Source: a virus. Taken from it: 64,000 nucleotides of DNA. Location: the IMG/VR virus record IMGVR_UViG_3300045988_088152, positions 23,432-87,431 of that record; one strand, 5' to 3'. Of the stretch, positions 55,247-63,630 are shown piece after piece; the stretch's first letter is position 1, and each line of letters starts with the position of its first letter. The position numbers and the translations under genes are program-made. Below the pieces are notes generated by a model. That model did no database searches. It saw only the letters and a program-made list of their open reading frames with translations, and had not been told where the DNA came from.

Positions 55247-55498
55247 ATGAAGAAGTTTGTCAATGAATACGATGAGGCTCTTGATGCTCTAACTAGCGGT
55301 ATGCTTGATACAAACGATATTGAGCCATATATGGGAGCTATTGTTGGAGCATTGCAGAAACAAATCCCCATATATGCCGCTGGTGTGCGCTCGGTTGGAT
55401 GGTGTAAAGATTTTGGTATTTGCCAGTTGTGTGGTCATGATGTAAACTCATATATGCAATATTGTGAATGTTGTGGGCAAGCGTTGAAATGGAAATGA
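55247..55498 (+). CDS. hypothetical protein
   Basis: ORF track frame. Confidence 0.5.
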   Translation: MKKFVNEYDEALDALTSGMLDTNDIEPYMGAIVGALQKQIPIYAAGVRSVGWCKDFGICQLCGHDVNSYMQYCECCGQALKWK

Positions 55499-55500
55499 TT

Positions 55501-55605
55501 ATGTGTCCGTATAAAGATAGTGCTAAATGCACTGCTCCTGATACAAATTGTCCGTATTGGCAAGGCACATTTTGTGAATTAGATGAATTGAGCAAGGAGG
55601 AATAA
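55501..55605 (+). CDS. 34-aa Cys-rich peptide ORF
   Basis: My own reading. Confidence 0.3.
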   Translation: MCPYKDSAKCTAPDTNCPYWQGTFCELDELSKEE

Positions 55606-55608
55606 TCA

Positions 55609-55671
55609 TTGCTCTATGACCAAAATTCCGTTAGATTGTTATTAGGTTGTTTGCTCATCAAAATTTTTTAA
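55609..55671 (+). pseudogene. vestigial duplicate of the helicase N-terminus (20 codons)
   Basis: AAGGAGGAA, 6 nt, then a TTG start. The product (M)LYDQNSVRLLLGCLLIKIF compares with MLYDSTSARLLLGALMIK at 56647. The protein is similar but the DNA is diverged. Confidence 0.65.
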
Positions 55672-55680
55672 AAATAATAC

Positions 55681-55709
55681 TTGACAAATACAACTAAATA
55701 TGGTATAAT
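55681..55709 (+). promoter_or_regulatory. sigma-A type promoter of the HNH cassette
   Basis: TTGACAAAT-N14-TGgTATAAT. Confidence 0.7.
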
Positions 55710-55715
55710 TAAAGA

Positions 55716-55790
55716 AACAGAATAGGACAGCGGTCTTGCAAGACGTTTTGATTGATGAACTCCCAATCAATTACTATTCTGTTTTAATTT
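55716..55790 (+). promoter_or_regulatory. structured leader / possible attenuator before the HNH gene
   Basis: A closing stem AACAGAATAG/CTATTCTGTT encloses GTCTTGCAAGAC and TTGATTG/CAATCAA hairpins. TTTTAATTTT follows. Confidence 0.5.
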
Positions 55791-55809
55791 TATATAAGGA
55801 GTTTGTAAA

Positions 55810-56640
55810 ATGGGAAAAATTATCGACATGACAGGATGGAAAATGTGGGAGCACGGAGTACCAAACAGCAAGTTAACAGTAGTAACTATAAATGAAGAAT
55901 TGTCTCGTATAAAAAAGAAGGCAATGTGGGAATGTAAATGTTCTTGTGGGTCTAAAAAGATTATCGTTGGTGCTGGTGGAGATATTAGGAATGGTAAATT
56001 AAGGAGCTGCGGATGTTTAAAAGCCAAAACGAATATAAATCATTGCGGAACACATGGAGAAAGTGGAACAAGATTATATAGAATATGGTGCGGAATGCGT
56101 CAGAGATGCAACAATCCTAATCATAAAAATTATAATATATATGGTGGAAGAGGAATTAGTGTTTGTGATGACTGGAACGACTACGAAATTTTTCGTAATT
56201 GGGCTATGTCAAATGGATATGCTGATAAGTTGACAATAGACCGTATTGATGTTAATGGTAATTATGAGCCAAGTAATTGTAGATGGGTTGATTTTGTTGT
56301 ACAAAGTAATAATAGAAGTAACAATCATATTGTAAAATATGGAGATGAGTTTGTTACTGTTGCAGAATTAGCAAAAATGACAAATAACAAATATAACACT
56401 ATGTCAACTAGAATAAATCATTTAAATTATAGCGTAGAGGATTGTGTAAATATAGAAGTTGGAAAATCTGAAAAGGGTAAAAGATATATTGAATTTAATG
56501 GCAAAAGACAAACTGTTACAGATTGGGCACGTGAATTAAATATGAGTCCAGAAACGCTCTTTAGTAGATTAAATGATAGCAAATGGAGTATTGAAAAGGC
56601 ACTGACAGAGCCAATAGATAAAAGCAAGAAAAGGAATTAA
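55810..56640 (+). CDS. HNH-type homing endonuclease
   Basis: LYRIWCGMRQRCNNPNHKNYNIYGGRGISVCDDW...TIDRIDVNGNYEPSNCRW is typical of phage free-standing HNH/AP2-like endonucleases. Confidence 0.6.
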   Translation: MGKIIDMTGWKMWEHGVPNSKLTVVTINEELSRIKKKAMWECKCSCGSKKIIVGAGGDIRNGKLRSCGCLKAKTNINHCGTHGESGTRLYRIWCGMRQRCNNPNHKNYNIYGGRGISVCDDWNDYEIFRNWAMSNGYADKLTIDRIDVNGNYEPSNCRWVDFVVQSNNRSNNHIVKYGDEFVTVAELAKMTNNKYNTMSTRINHLNYSVEDCVNIEVGKSEKGKRYIEFNGKRQTVTDWARELNMSPETLFSRLNDSKWSIEKALTEPIDKSKKRN

Positions 56641-56646
56641 CAAAAG

Positions 56647-58122
56647 ATGTTGTATGATAGCACAAGTGCCAGATTATTACTTGGTGCATTGATGATTAAA
56701 CCAAGTCTTGCACTTTCAGAAAAATACCCATTATCCGTTCATGATTTTCAATCAAATACATTTCATATTAGGTTGTATCAGGCTATTTCTGCGCTTGCTA
56801 AACGCGGCGCAGAAACTATTGCAGATTTAGACATATACAATTTGTGTAAAAACAACAAGGCAGTTGAAACGATATTTAAGGAAAATGATTTAACCGGCTT
56901 TATTGATACAGTCAAGCAACTTGCTAATGTAGGCAATTTTGAAGTATATTACAACAATGTACGTCGCGCCACATTACTTCGTTCATATAAAAATGCTGGC
57001 TATAACGTAGACAAATTTGAGCAAGATGACAAAGCAACCATAGAGGATATAGTACAATATTTTGACGCACAGCAGATAGCTATAAAGAAGCAATTCTATA
57101 AAGATAAAGACATAGATGAGCTAAAAGCTGGTGATGGATTTGAGGCGGTTAAAGAGGGCTTCAAGGAAGAGCCGCTATTTGGCGCAACCACCTTTAGTGA
57201 ATATCTAAACACAGCGGCTAGAGGTTGGATTCCGGGGCAGCTATCTATCTATTCAGTCGGCTCAGGCGTAGGCAAGTCAACTATTGGCTTGGCTAATCTT
57301 GTGCAAGTATGCTGTCCAAGAATCTATGATATAGACAAAGGGCAATATGTAGATAATCCATGCTATCAGCATAAGGCTGGTCTATATCTCCAATTTGAGA
57401 TGGCTGGCGATACTGAAATCACGCCTAAGATTGTGGCTACAATTAGCGGTGTACCATGCTTTAGCATCTTGAATGGGCGGTATGAAGAAGGCGAAGAAGA
57501 ACGTGTGGATGAGGCCATTAAAATTCTGCATGAATCTAAGCTATATATCGTCACAATGCCTAATTATACTGTTGATTTGATTGAATCATATGTAAAGGAT
57601 TATGTAGTAAACAAGCAAGTAGGCTTCCTATGTTATGATTATATCGTTGAATCCTCATCTGTATCAAGTGATTTAGCTAAAAAGAATGGCGTATCTACTC
57701 GTTCAGATCAGGTACTATCTGGTATAGCAAGTAAGCTCAAGGATTTAGCTGTTGAATATAATATAGCTGTCTTGACATTTACTCAGGTCAACGCCAATGC
57801 TATGACACAAGAAATTATGGATAGCGGTGTTGCAGCTGGTTCAAGAGCGATTCAAAACAAGGCTGATGTGGCTGGTGTAATCATGCCATTGCGCCGTAAA
57901 GAGCAAGAGATAGCTGATATGATAATGGAGAAATATCCAAATAATCCTAAGCCATCTCGTGTACTGCACCTCTACAAGATGCGCTTTTCACAAGTTGAAC
58001 AGGGCATTAAGATATATTTTAATCTTGATTTGAATACAGGTCGAACAAAGGATTGTTTTGTGACCACAAAATTTGATAAGCCTTATCAATTAACTAAGAC
58101 AAGGTTGGTGTATGCTAAATGA
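56647..58122 (+). CDS. dnaB: DnaB-like replicative DNA helicase
   Basis: N-terminal ARLLLGALMIKP, Walker A SVGSGVGKST, and later RecA-like motifs (LTFTQVN). Confidence 0.85.
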   Translation: MLYDSTSARLLLGALMIKPSLALSEKYPLSVHDFQSNTFHIRLYQAISALAKRGAETIADLDIYNLCKNNKAVETIFKENDLTGFIDTVKQLANVGNFEVYYNNVRRATLLRSYKNAGYNVDKFEQDDKATIEDIVQYFDAQQIAIKKQFYKDKDIDELKAGDGFEAVKEGFKEEPLFGATTFSEYLNTAARGWIPGQLSIYSVGSGVGKSTIGLANLVQVCCPRIYDIDKGQYVDNPCYQHKAGLYLQFEMAGDTEITPKIVATISGVPCFSILNGRYEEGEEERVDEAIKILHESKLYIVTMPNYTVDLIESYVKDYVVNKQVGFLCYDYIVESSSVSSDLAKKNGVSTRSDQVLSGIASKLKDLAVEYNIAVLTFTQVNANAMTQEIMDSGVAAGSRAIQNKADVAGVIMPLRRKEQEIADMIMEKYPNNPKPSRVLHLYKMRFSQVEQGIKIYFNLDLNTGRTKDCFVTTKFDKPYQLTKTRLVYAK

Positions 58123-58319
58123 AAGATAGAGTAAAAATGCTGCAACTATGTGCCAAAGATATTGCCGCAAATGCAGATAAGCTATTAGTTGATGTACCAT
58201 ATTCTCAAGACTGCGACATTGTGATTGGGTTATATCATGATGATGTGCCATTTGTCAAAGTGGTGCAGAGATATATACCAGAGGAAATTGTTAGGTGGTA
58301 TAATAAGGAGAATAACTGA
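58119..58319 (+). CDS. hypothetical protein
   Basis: ORF track. Confidence 0.5.
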   Translation: MKDRVKMLQLCAKDIAANADKLLVDVPYSQDCDIVIGLYHDDVPFVKVVQRYIPEEIVRWYNKENN

Positions 58320-58492
58320 TGTTATGGTTTGTGGTTATTAAATGCTTAATTGGTGCGATCTTAGGCATTGTTGTTGGTGGTATCTACTATAAGAAAGACC
58401 AGCAGCTCAGTTCGCTGATGTTGTGTTGTCTAGGTTGTGGGCTACTTGCATTCACTTGTATGGTTGCAACTATTGCAGTATTTTTAACGTAA
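58319..58492 (+). CDS. 57-aa two-TM membrane protein
   Basis: My own reading: MLWFVVIKCLIGAILGIVVGGIYYKK...LLAFTCMVATIAVFLT. Confidence 0.4.
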   Translation: MLWFVVIKCLIGAILGIVVGGIYYKKDQQLSSLMLCCLGCGLLAFTCMVATIAVFLT

Positions 58493-58500
58493 TAAGAAGA

Positions 58501-59553
58501 ATGATTGACATTACATCTCTCAAATCTCAGCTAACCGATGACCGCATTATAGAGTTAATGGATGCTCTAGGTGCGCCATTGATGAAGGTTGATAGTAATA
58601 ATCTGATATTTGGCTCAATTTGCCATTGGGGTGCTGATTGGGATAAGCATAAGCCAAAATTATGGTATTATATAGAATCTGGCTCATTCCACTGTTGGAG
58701 TTGCGGCTTTTCAGGTGATGCTATATCTCTAGTTCAGCACATTAAGCATCTTGACTTCAATCGAGCTGTATCATATATCTGCTCTGTCCTGCATCTGCAA
58801 GTAGGGCAAATAGAGCAAAATGAGCAGCTTGATAATTGGGCTGAATTGCGCCGATTTCTACCCAATGCCGAGCCAGAGCCAGATAAGCTCTTGACATATG
58901 ACAAGTCTATATTATCCCTGTTTGACCATTTATATCCGCAAGAATGGCTGGATTATGGAATTTCAGCGGATATACTTGATAAATTTGGTATAGGCTGGTA
59001 TGCGCGTCAGGCGTGTATTTCCATACCTGTCCTATTTAATGGACAGCTGGTAGGTGTAAGGGGGCGATATACAAGAGAGCAAGATGTGGTTAAGGGCAAA
59101 TATAGACCAATATGTACATTAGATGGAACAGTTCTTAAATTCCCATCATCTGCTTGTCTATATGGCTATGACCAAAATAAAGCCGCTATTGAAAAGTCGC
59201 GCCAAGTAGTGCTATTTGAGAGTGAAAAATCGGTGCTAAAAGCACCATCGTTCGGCATAGATAATGCTCTATCCGTCTTTGGCTCTAATATAAGCAAACA
59301 ACATATACAGCTATTGTTAGAGCTAGGTGTGAATGATGTGGTGCTATGTATGGATAGCGATTATAAGCAAGTAGGCGATGATGAATTTAAGTTCTTTGTT
59401 GTCAAGATGAAGAAGTTGGTGGCTAAGTTAAAGCCATATTTTTCGGTCAGTATAGTATATAATAATCAAAGTTATGATATGTATAAATGCAATATGATGG
59501 ATATACCATATGGGCAAGCAATGAAATTATGGGAAAGTAGGGTAAGAGTATGA
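58501..59553 (+). CDS. dnaG: DnaG-like DNA primase (zinc finger plus Toprim)
   Basis: CHWGADWDKHKPKLWYYIESGSFHCWSCGFSGDAISLV zinc-binding motif. Toprim residues VLFESEKSVL and MDSD. Confidence 0.8.
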   Translation: MIDITSLKSQLTDDRIIELMDALGAPLMKVDSNNLIFGSICHWGADWDKHKPKLWYYIESGSFHCWSCGFSGDAISLVQHIKHLDFNRAVSYICSVLHLQVGQIEQNEQLDNWAELRRFLPNAEPEPDKLLTYDKSILSLFDHLYPQEWLDYGISADILDKFGIGWYARQACISIPVLFNGQLVGVRGRYTREQDVVKGKYRPICTLDGTVLKFPSSACLYGYDQNKAAIEKSRQVVLFESEKSVLKAPSFGIDNALSVFGSNISKQHIQLLLELGVNDVVLCMDSDYKQVGDDEFKFFVVKMKKLVAKLKPYFSVSIVYNNQSYDMYKCNMMDIPYGQAMKLWESRVRV

Positions 59554-59897
59554 GAGGCGAATGCAAGTATGCGCATGATGGCATCCGCTATAAGTGTATA
59601 TGTGGTGAATGGAAAGATGTAAAAGTGACAGAATGTTGGGGTGAGAAAGAGCCAAGCATATGTGATGCTAGACGTAAAGAATATTGTGACAGATATAAAT
59701 CAGTTGACGAAGATGGCAACAAACCAAAAGATGTTATTAACGACAAATTGTCTTGGATTCCAACAGATGAATTTGATGATTGTTTCGGTTATGTATTTAA
59801 GTGCGCTAGATGCGGCAAAGAAATTATTGGTACGTCCAATTATTGCCCTCATTGCGGTTATGAATATAACCCTTGGGATGGCACGACATTCAAATAA
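59550..59897 (+). CDS. hypothetical Cys-rich protein
   Basis: ORF track. Confidence 0.55.
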   Translation: MRGECKYAHDGIRYKCICGEWKDVKVTECWGEKEPSICDARRKEYCDRYKSVDEDGNKPKDVINDKLSWIPTDEFDDCFGYVFKCARCGKEIIGTSNYCPHCGYEYNPWDGTTFK

Positions 59898-59906
59898 ATT
59901 TAATAC

Positions 59907-59935
59907 TTGACAAATCAACCTCTTTATGATATAAT
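59907..59935 (+). promoter_or_regulatory. sigma-A type promoter
   Basis: TTGACAAAT-N14-TGaTATAAT. Confidence 0.7.
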
Positions 59936-59973
59936 CACTATATCAACAATAAGGAGGTTGATTTTTATTATTT

Positions 59974-60588
59974 ATGAAATATAATGTAGAGCTGATAAGA
60001 TGTAAACGTAGCAATCCAGAATATCAAGAAATTAGAGATAGGCATTATATACCGAATCATGGTACATTTGGTCAGCAAATTCATTATCTTATAAAATTAG
60101 ATGGTGAGACAGTTGGGATTATTTCTGGCGCATCTGCTGTATATGCTGTAAAAGCCAGAGATGATTATTTCGGCTTGACAAAAGAAAATAAGAGGGTCGC
60201 GCTTAACTCAATTATTAACAATACTGTGTTTCGGTTGGAAAATAACTTGCCTAATCTTGGTACGCAGATTTTAGCTATGTGGCGCAAACAAATCGCCGCA
60301 GATTGGGAAACGCAGTATCATGTGCGTGTTCATGGATTTGAAACATTTGTTATTGAGAACGAAACAAGAAAAGGATGTATGTATAAAGCTGATAATTGGG
60401 AGTATATAGGACAAACAAAGGGCAGTACAAAGACGCATAATGGTATGCAAAATAAATCAAAGAGGCTAGATACAGAGATTAAGCTAATATATGTTAAGAA
60501 AATTAAGGGAACGCATCTTTGTACCGAGTATACACCAACATGGCGATTAAGCGCAAAAGAAAAGTCAATGCTGAAGCAAGGAGGTTAA
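59974..60588 (+). CDS. DUF4338 (DruA-like) domain protein
   Basis: RHYIPNHGTFGQQIHYLI...ARDDYFGL...INNTVFRL...LPNLGTQILAMWRKQIAADWETQY...GFETFV...GCMYKADNWEYIGQTKG tracks the DUF4338 consensus as I recall it (RYHYLG...RD.fIGW...VNN.RFLIL..VPNLAS..L....DW...YG...LETFVD...G.CYRAANW..vG.T.G). Confidence 0.6.
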   Translation: MKYNVELIRCKRSNPEYQEIRDRHYIPNHGTFGQQIHYLIKLDGETVGIISGASAVYAVKARDDYFGLTKENKRVALNSIINNTVFRLENNLPNLGTQILAMWRKQIAADWETQYHVRVHGFETFVIENETRKGCMYKADNWEYIGQTKGSTKTHNGMQNKSKRLDTEIKLIYVKKIKGTHLCTEYTPTWRLSAKEKSMLKQGG

Positions 60589-60595
60589 TTATATT

Positions 60596-60997
60596 ATGAG
60601 TAAATTCAAAGTGGGAGATCAGGTAGCACTTAACAATTCACCAAATGTTCTGCTTGGACAAGTTATGTGTGAAGCATTCGGTGGATATTATATTAAAACG
60701 GAAAAAAATTATTATACTATTATGTCAGAAGATGACCTTGTGTTATATGAGGGAACTGCTTTGTCTGACGATGAAATCTATATCATGCTTAAGCCGAAAC
60801 TTGAAAACATGTGTATGAGGACAGAATATCACAAATTATTGCCAACCGTATTTGAGCTACAATATGAACCACAAAATGATTATGCCCCATATGTTCCAGA
60901 AAGTGATGCAATTAAGGCTATTGCTCTAGCATATCGTTCTGGTTATCTTAGAGCTAAGAAAGGCAGACCATTTAAGATTGGAGGAGAGAAAGAATGA
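60596..60997 (+). CDS. hypothetical protein
   Basis: ORF track. Confidence 0.55.
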   Translation: MSKFKVGDQVALNNSPNVLLGQVMCEAFGGYYIKTEKNYYTIMSEDDLVLYEGTALSDDEIYIMLKPKLENMCMRTEYHKLLPTVFELQYEPQNDYAPYVPESDAIKAIALAYRSGYLRAKKGRPFKIGGEKE

Positions 60998-61257
60998 TTG
61001 AATGGCATAATATGAGAGACAAAATGCCAGAACGTCATGTTGATGTGTTGGTTTGTTGTGCTTATAGCGATTATACAGAAGTACGTGTAGCTAATATTGA
61101 TGAGCAAGATGTTGGAGTATATGACCCAGTTACAGATAGAGAAGGAGTTGTCTCAGAACTGCAATGGTGGGATACAGATGGCGCTGTGTGGGAAGTCTCA
61201 TTCGATGATTATTGGGCATATATCAACTTACCAGAAAAGGATGGTGATCCAGATTAA
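60994..61257 (+). CDS. hypothetical protein
   Basis: ORF track. Confidence 0.5.
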   Translation: MIEWHNMRDKMPERHVDVLVCCAYSDYTEVRVANIDEQDVGVYDPVTDREGVVSELQWWDTDGAVWEVSFDDYWAYINLPEKDGDPD

Positions 61258-62866
61258 GATTCATCCACTACTAGATTCCCTTAATGAAGCCACATTTTTA
61301 AGGGAATACTTATCCGCTTGTGGTATAGTCGATGTTGACGCATATCTCAATCCAGATAGTATTGAATATCAATCGCCTGATATGTATAAGAATATGGATA
61401 AAGCGATTAGCTTATTCAATTATCATATACCAAATGGAAAGATTGTGATTATTCAAGACAGCGATAATGATGGCAGTTGTTCAGCGGCAATTACATATAT
61501 GCTATGCCGTGAATTTGGCGCAACTGATATTAAAGTGCTATATCATACAAATAAGCAGCATGGACCATCTGACCTCATGCCGCAAATTATCGCTGAATCA
61601 CCCAGCTTAGTTATTGTTCCTGATGCTGGAAGTAATAACATCTCAGAATGTCAAGAGTTGTTTCAGCGCAATATTGCCGTATTGATTTTAGATCATCATA
61701 ACATTGAGTCACATAATTATTGTGCTATTGTGGTAAACCCATTTAATGATGAACAGGATGAACATATCAATAAATCAATCTCTGGTACGGGCGTTGTAGA
61801 AAAATTTGCTTGTGCGCTTGGTTCGACCCAATCTTTTAAAGACCTAGTAGCTGTTAGCTTGATATCTGATATTTGCAGCTTGCGTTCACCTGAGAATCGT
61901 AAATATATATATGACGGCTTGACCAATCCAACTAATCCATTCATCAAATATTGCTTAGAAAATTGTTGTAATCGTGGTGTTAATCCAGAGGGTGTGGCAT
62001 TTGGTATTGCGCCTCTTGCTAATGCGCTGGCTCGTAGTAATGACCAGTCTACTAAGCGGCTATTTTTTGATGCGCTGATTGGTAAGATTGAACCAGAAGC
62101 CGCTGTGAAGGCTATGAAAGCCGTAAAATCTAAGCAAGATTATCAGGTTAAGAAGGTCTTAGATAAGCTGTCAGATGGGCTTGATACGTCTCACAAGGTC
62201 ATTATAGGCTTTGGCGAACCTGAGAATAAATCCTATTTAGGGCTTGTAGCCAATAAATTCTGTGGAAAATATAATAAGCCCACATTCCTGCTGAGAGAGC
62301 TAAACAGCACAACATGGTCTGGCTCGATGCGTAGTCCTATTGATTTGCTTGAGATTATAAACGAATCAGGATTGGCTAAATGTCAAGGCCATGATGCCGC
62401 AGCTGGTATCACAGTCAAGAAAAGCAATCTAAAGCGATTTGCACGATTCTTAGATGGGCTTGATTTGGACGTAGAGCCAGATATTGAAGTAGCGGCTCAG
62501 ATCGAGACTAATAATATCACACGCAATCTTGCAAATGTGTGTGTAGAAAATAATATCCTATGGGGCAAGGATGTAAACAAGCCGTTATTTCATTGTATTT
62601 TAACAACTCCGCAGATGTATGTATATCGTAATCGCTCAACTACTGTCAAGCTAATTCAGGATGGCATTGAGTTCATAAAATTCTTTGTTAATAATGAAGA
62701 AGCAAGTCAATTTGAATCAGCTCAAGGTAAATCCATAGAGGTGGTAGTATCGCTTGGATTGAATGAATATAATGGACAGATTAAGCCACAAGCTATTATT
62801 GAGCGATATGAGATTGTTGATAAACCAAAAGAAAATGAAATTGATTGGAGTGAGTATTTTAATTGA
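61241..62866 (+). CDS. recJ: RecJ-like DHH-family ssDNA exonuclease
   Basis: DSDNDGSCSAAI, VPDAGSN and LILDHHN motifs occur in DHH order. The start is taken at the ATG at 61241. Confidence 0.75.
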   Translation: MVIQIKIHPLLDSLNEATFLREYLSACGIVDVDAYLNPDSIEYQSPDMYKNMDKAISLFNYHIPNGKIVIIQDSDNDGSCSAAITYMLCREFGATDIKVLYHTNKQHGPSDLMPQIIAESPSLVIVPDAGSNNISECQELFQRNIAVLILDHHNIESHNYCAIVVNPFNDEQDEHINKSISGTGVVEKFACALGSTQSFKDLVAVSLISDICSLRSPENRKYIYDGLTNPTNPFIKYCLENCCNRGVNPEGVAFGIAPLANALARSNDQSTKRLFFDALIGKIEPEAAVKAMKAVKSKQDYQVKKVLDKLSDGLDTSHKVIIGFGEPENKSYLGLVANKFCGKYNKPTFLLRELNSTTWSGSMRSPIDLLEIINESGLAKCQGHDAAAGITVKKSNLKRFARFLDGLDLDVEPDIEVAAQIETNNITRNLANVCVENNILWGKDVNKPLFHCILTTPQMYVYRNRSTTVKLIQDGIEFIKFFVNNEEASQFESAQGKSIEVVVSLGLNEYNGQIKPQAIIERYEIVDKPKENEIDWSEYFN

Positions 62867-63042
62867 GCAGAGCAGAAAGAAATCGTCGCAAACGGACTGA
62901 GCGCCCTCTAAAATATGCGCCTATCAAATGCCCAAATTGCGGCTTAATGGTTGACGAAAAATATGTAGTTGACATCAATTCTACTTGTCCTGTTTGTGAC
63001 AATGAGCTATTTGCGGAATTAAAGAAAATGATTGAAAAATAA
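62863..63042 (+). CDS. 59-aa zinc-ribbon protein
   Basis: My own reading. The TTG start overlaps the recJ-like stop. CPNCG...CPVC. Confidence 0.4.
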   Translation: MSRAERNRRKRTERPLKYAPIKCPNCGLMVDEKYVVDINSTCPVCDNELFAELKKMIEK

Positions 63043-63055
63043 TTAAAATAGGGTA

Positions 63056-63084
63056 TTGACAACCTCCTGATTCTATGGTATACT
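63056..63084 (+). promoter_or_regulatory. sigma-A type promoter (TATACT -10)
   Basis: TTGACA-N17-TGgTATACT. Confidence 0.65.
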
Positions 63085-63117
63085 TGATTTATCAAAGAAC
63101 AGGAGGTTGTTTTAATT

Positions 63118-63366
63118 ATGAAAATCTGGATTCATCAAACTAACTATTATCCCACGCTTAACGATCTTAGAAAGAATTATCCTGTACTTAATGAATATGA
63201 ATTGGATGAAAAGCAGGATAAGTGCAAAAATATCAGACCGTATATTCATATCAATTCTTTGAAGCAACTTGTTAATTTGAGTCTCGACCTTCATCAGCCG
63301 CTTATCATAGACACTGAAGGTTATGAACCGGTCATTGAAATCTATGACGCTTGGAGGGAATCATAA
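63118..63366 (+). CDS. hypothetical protein
   Basis: ORF track. Confidence 0.55.
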   Translation: MKIWIHQTNYYPTLNDLRKNYPVLNEYELDEKQDKCKNIRPYIHINSLKQLVNLSLDLHQPLIIDTEGYEPVIEIYDAWRES

Positions 63367-63630
63367 ATGCAAGACGTATTGACCTATGAGGCATGGCTTG
63401 ATACTGTATGCCATATCTGTAATAGCTTACTAAAAGCAAATGTAAGCGTAACAGGCAATAACGAATTTAAGGTGACGGCTACAAAATATCATTGGATTAC
63501 ATTTGTTGATTGTGTCGGATTTGAAGCAATGTATAATGAAGGCTGGGAGCCAGCATTTGGAGCAACTAAGCTGATGGAGATTATTATTGATAGATGGGAA
63601 CAATTATTAGTTGAGGAGGATACCAAATGA
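63367..63630 (+). CDS. hypothetical protein
   Basis: ORF track. Confidence 0.55.
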   Translation: MQDVLTYEAWLDTVCHICNSLLKANVSVTGNNEFKVTATKYHWITFVDCVGFEAMYNEGWEPAFGATKLMEIIIDRWEQLLVEEDTK

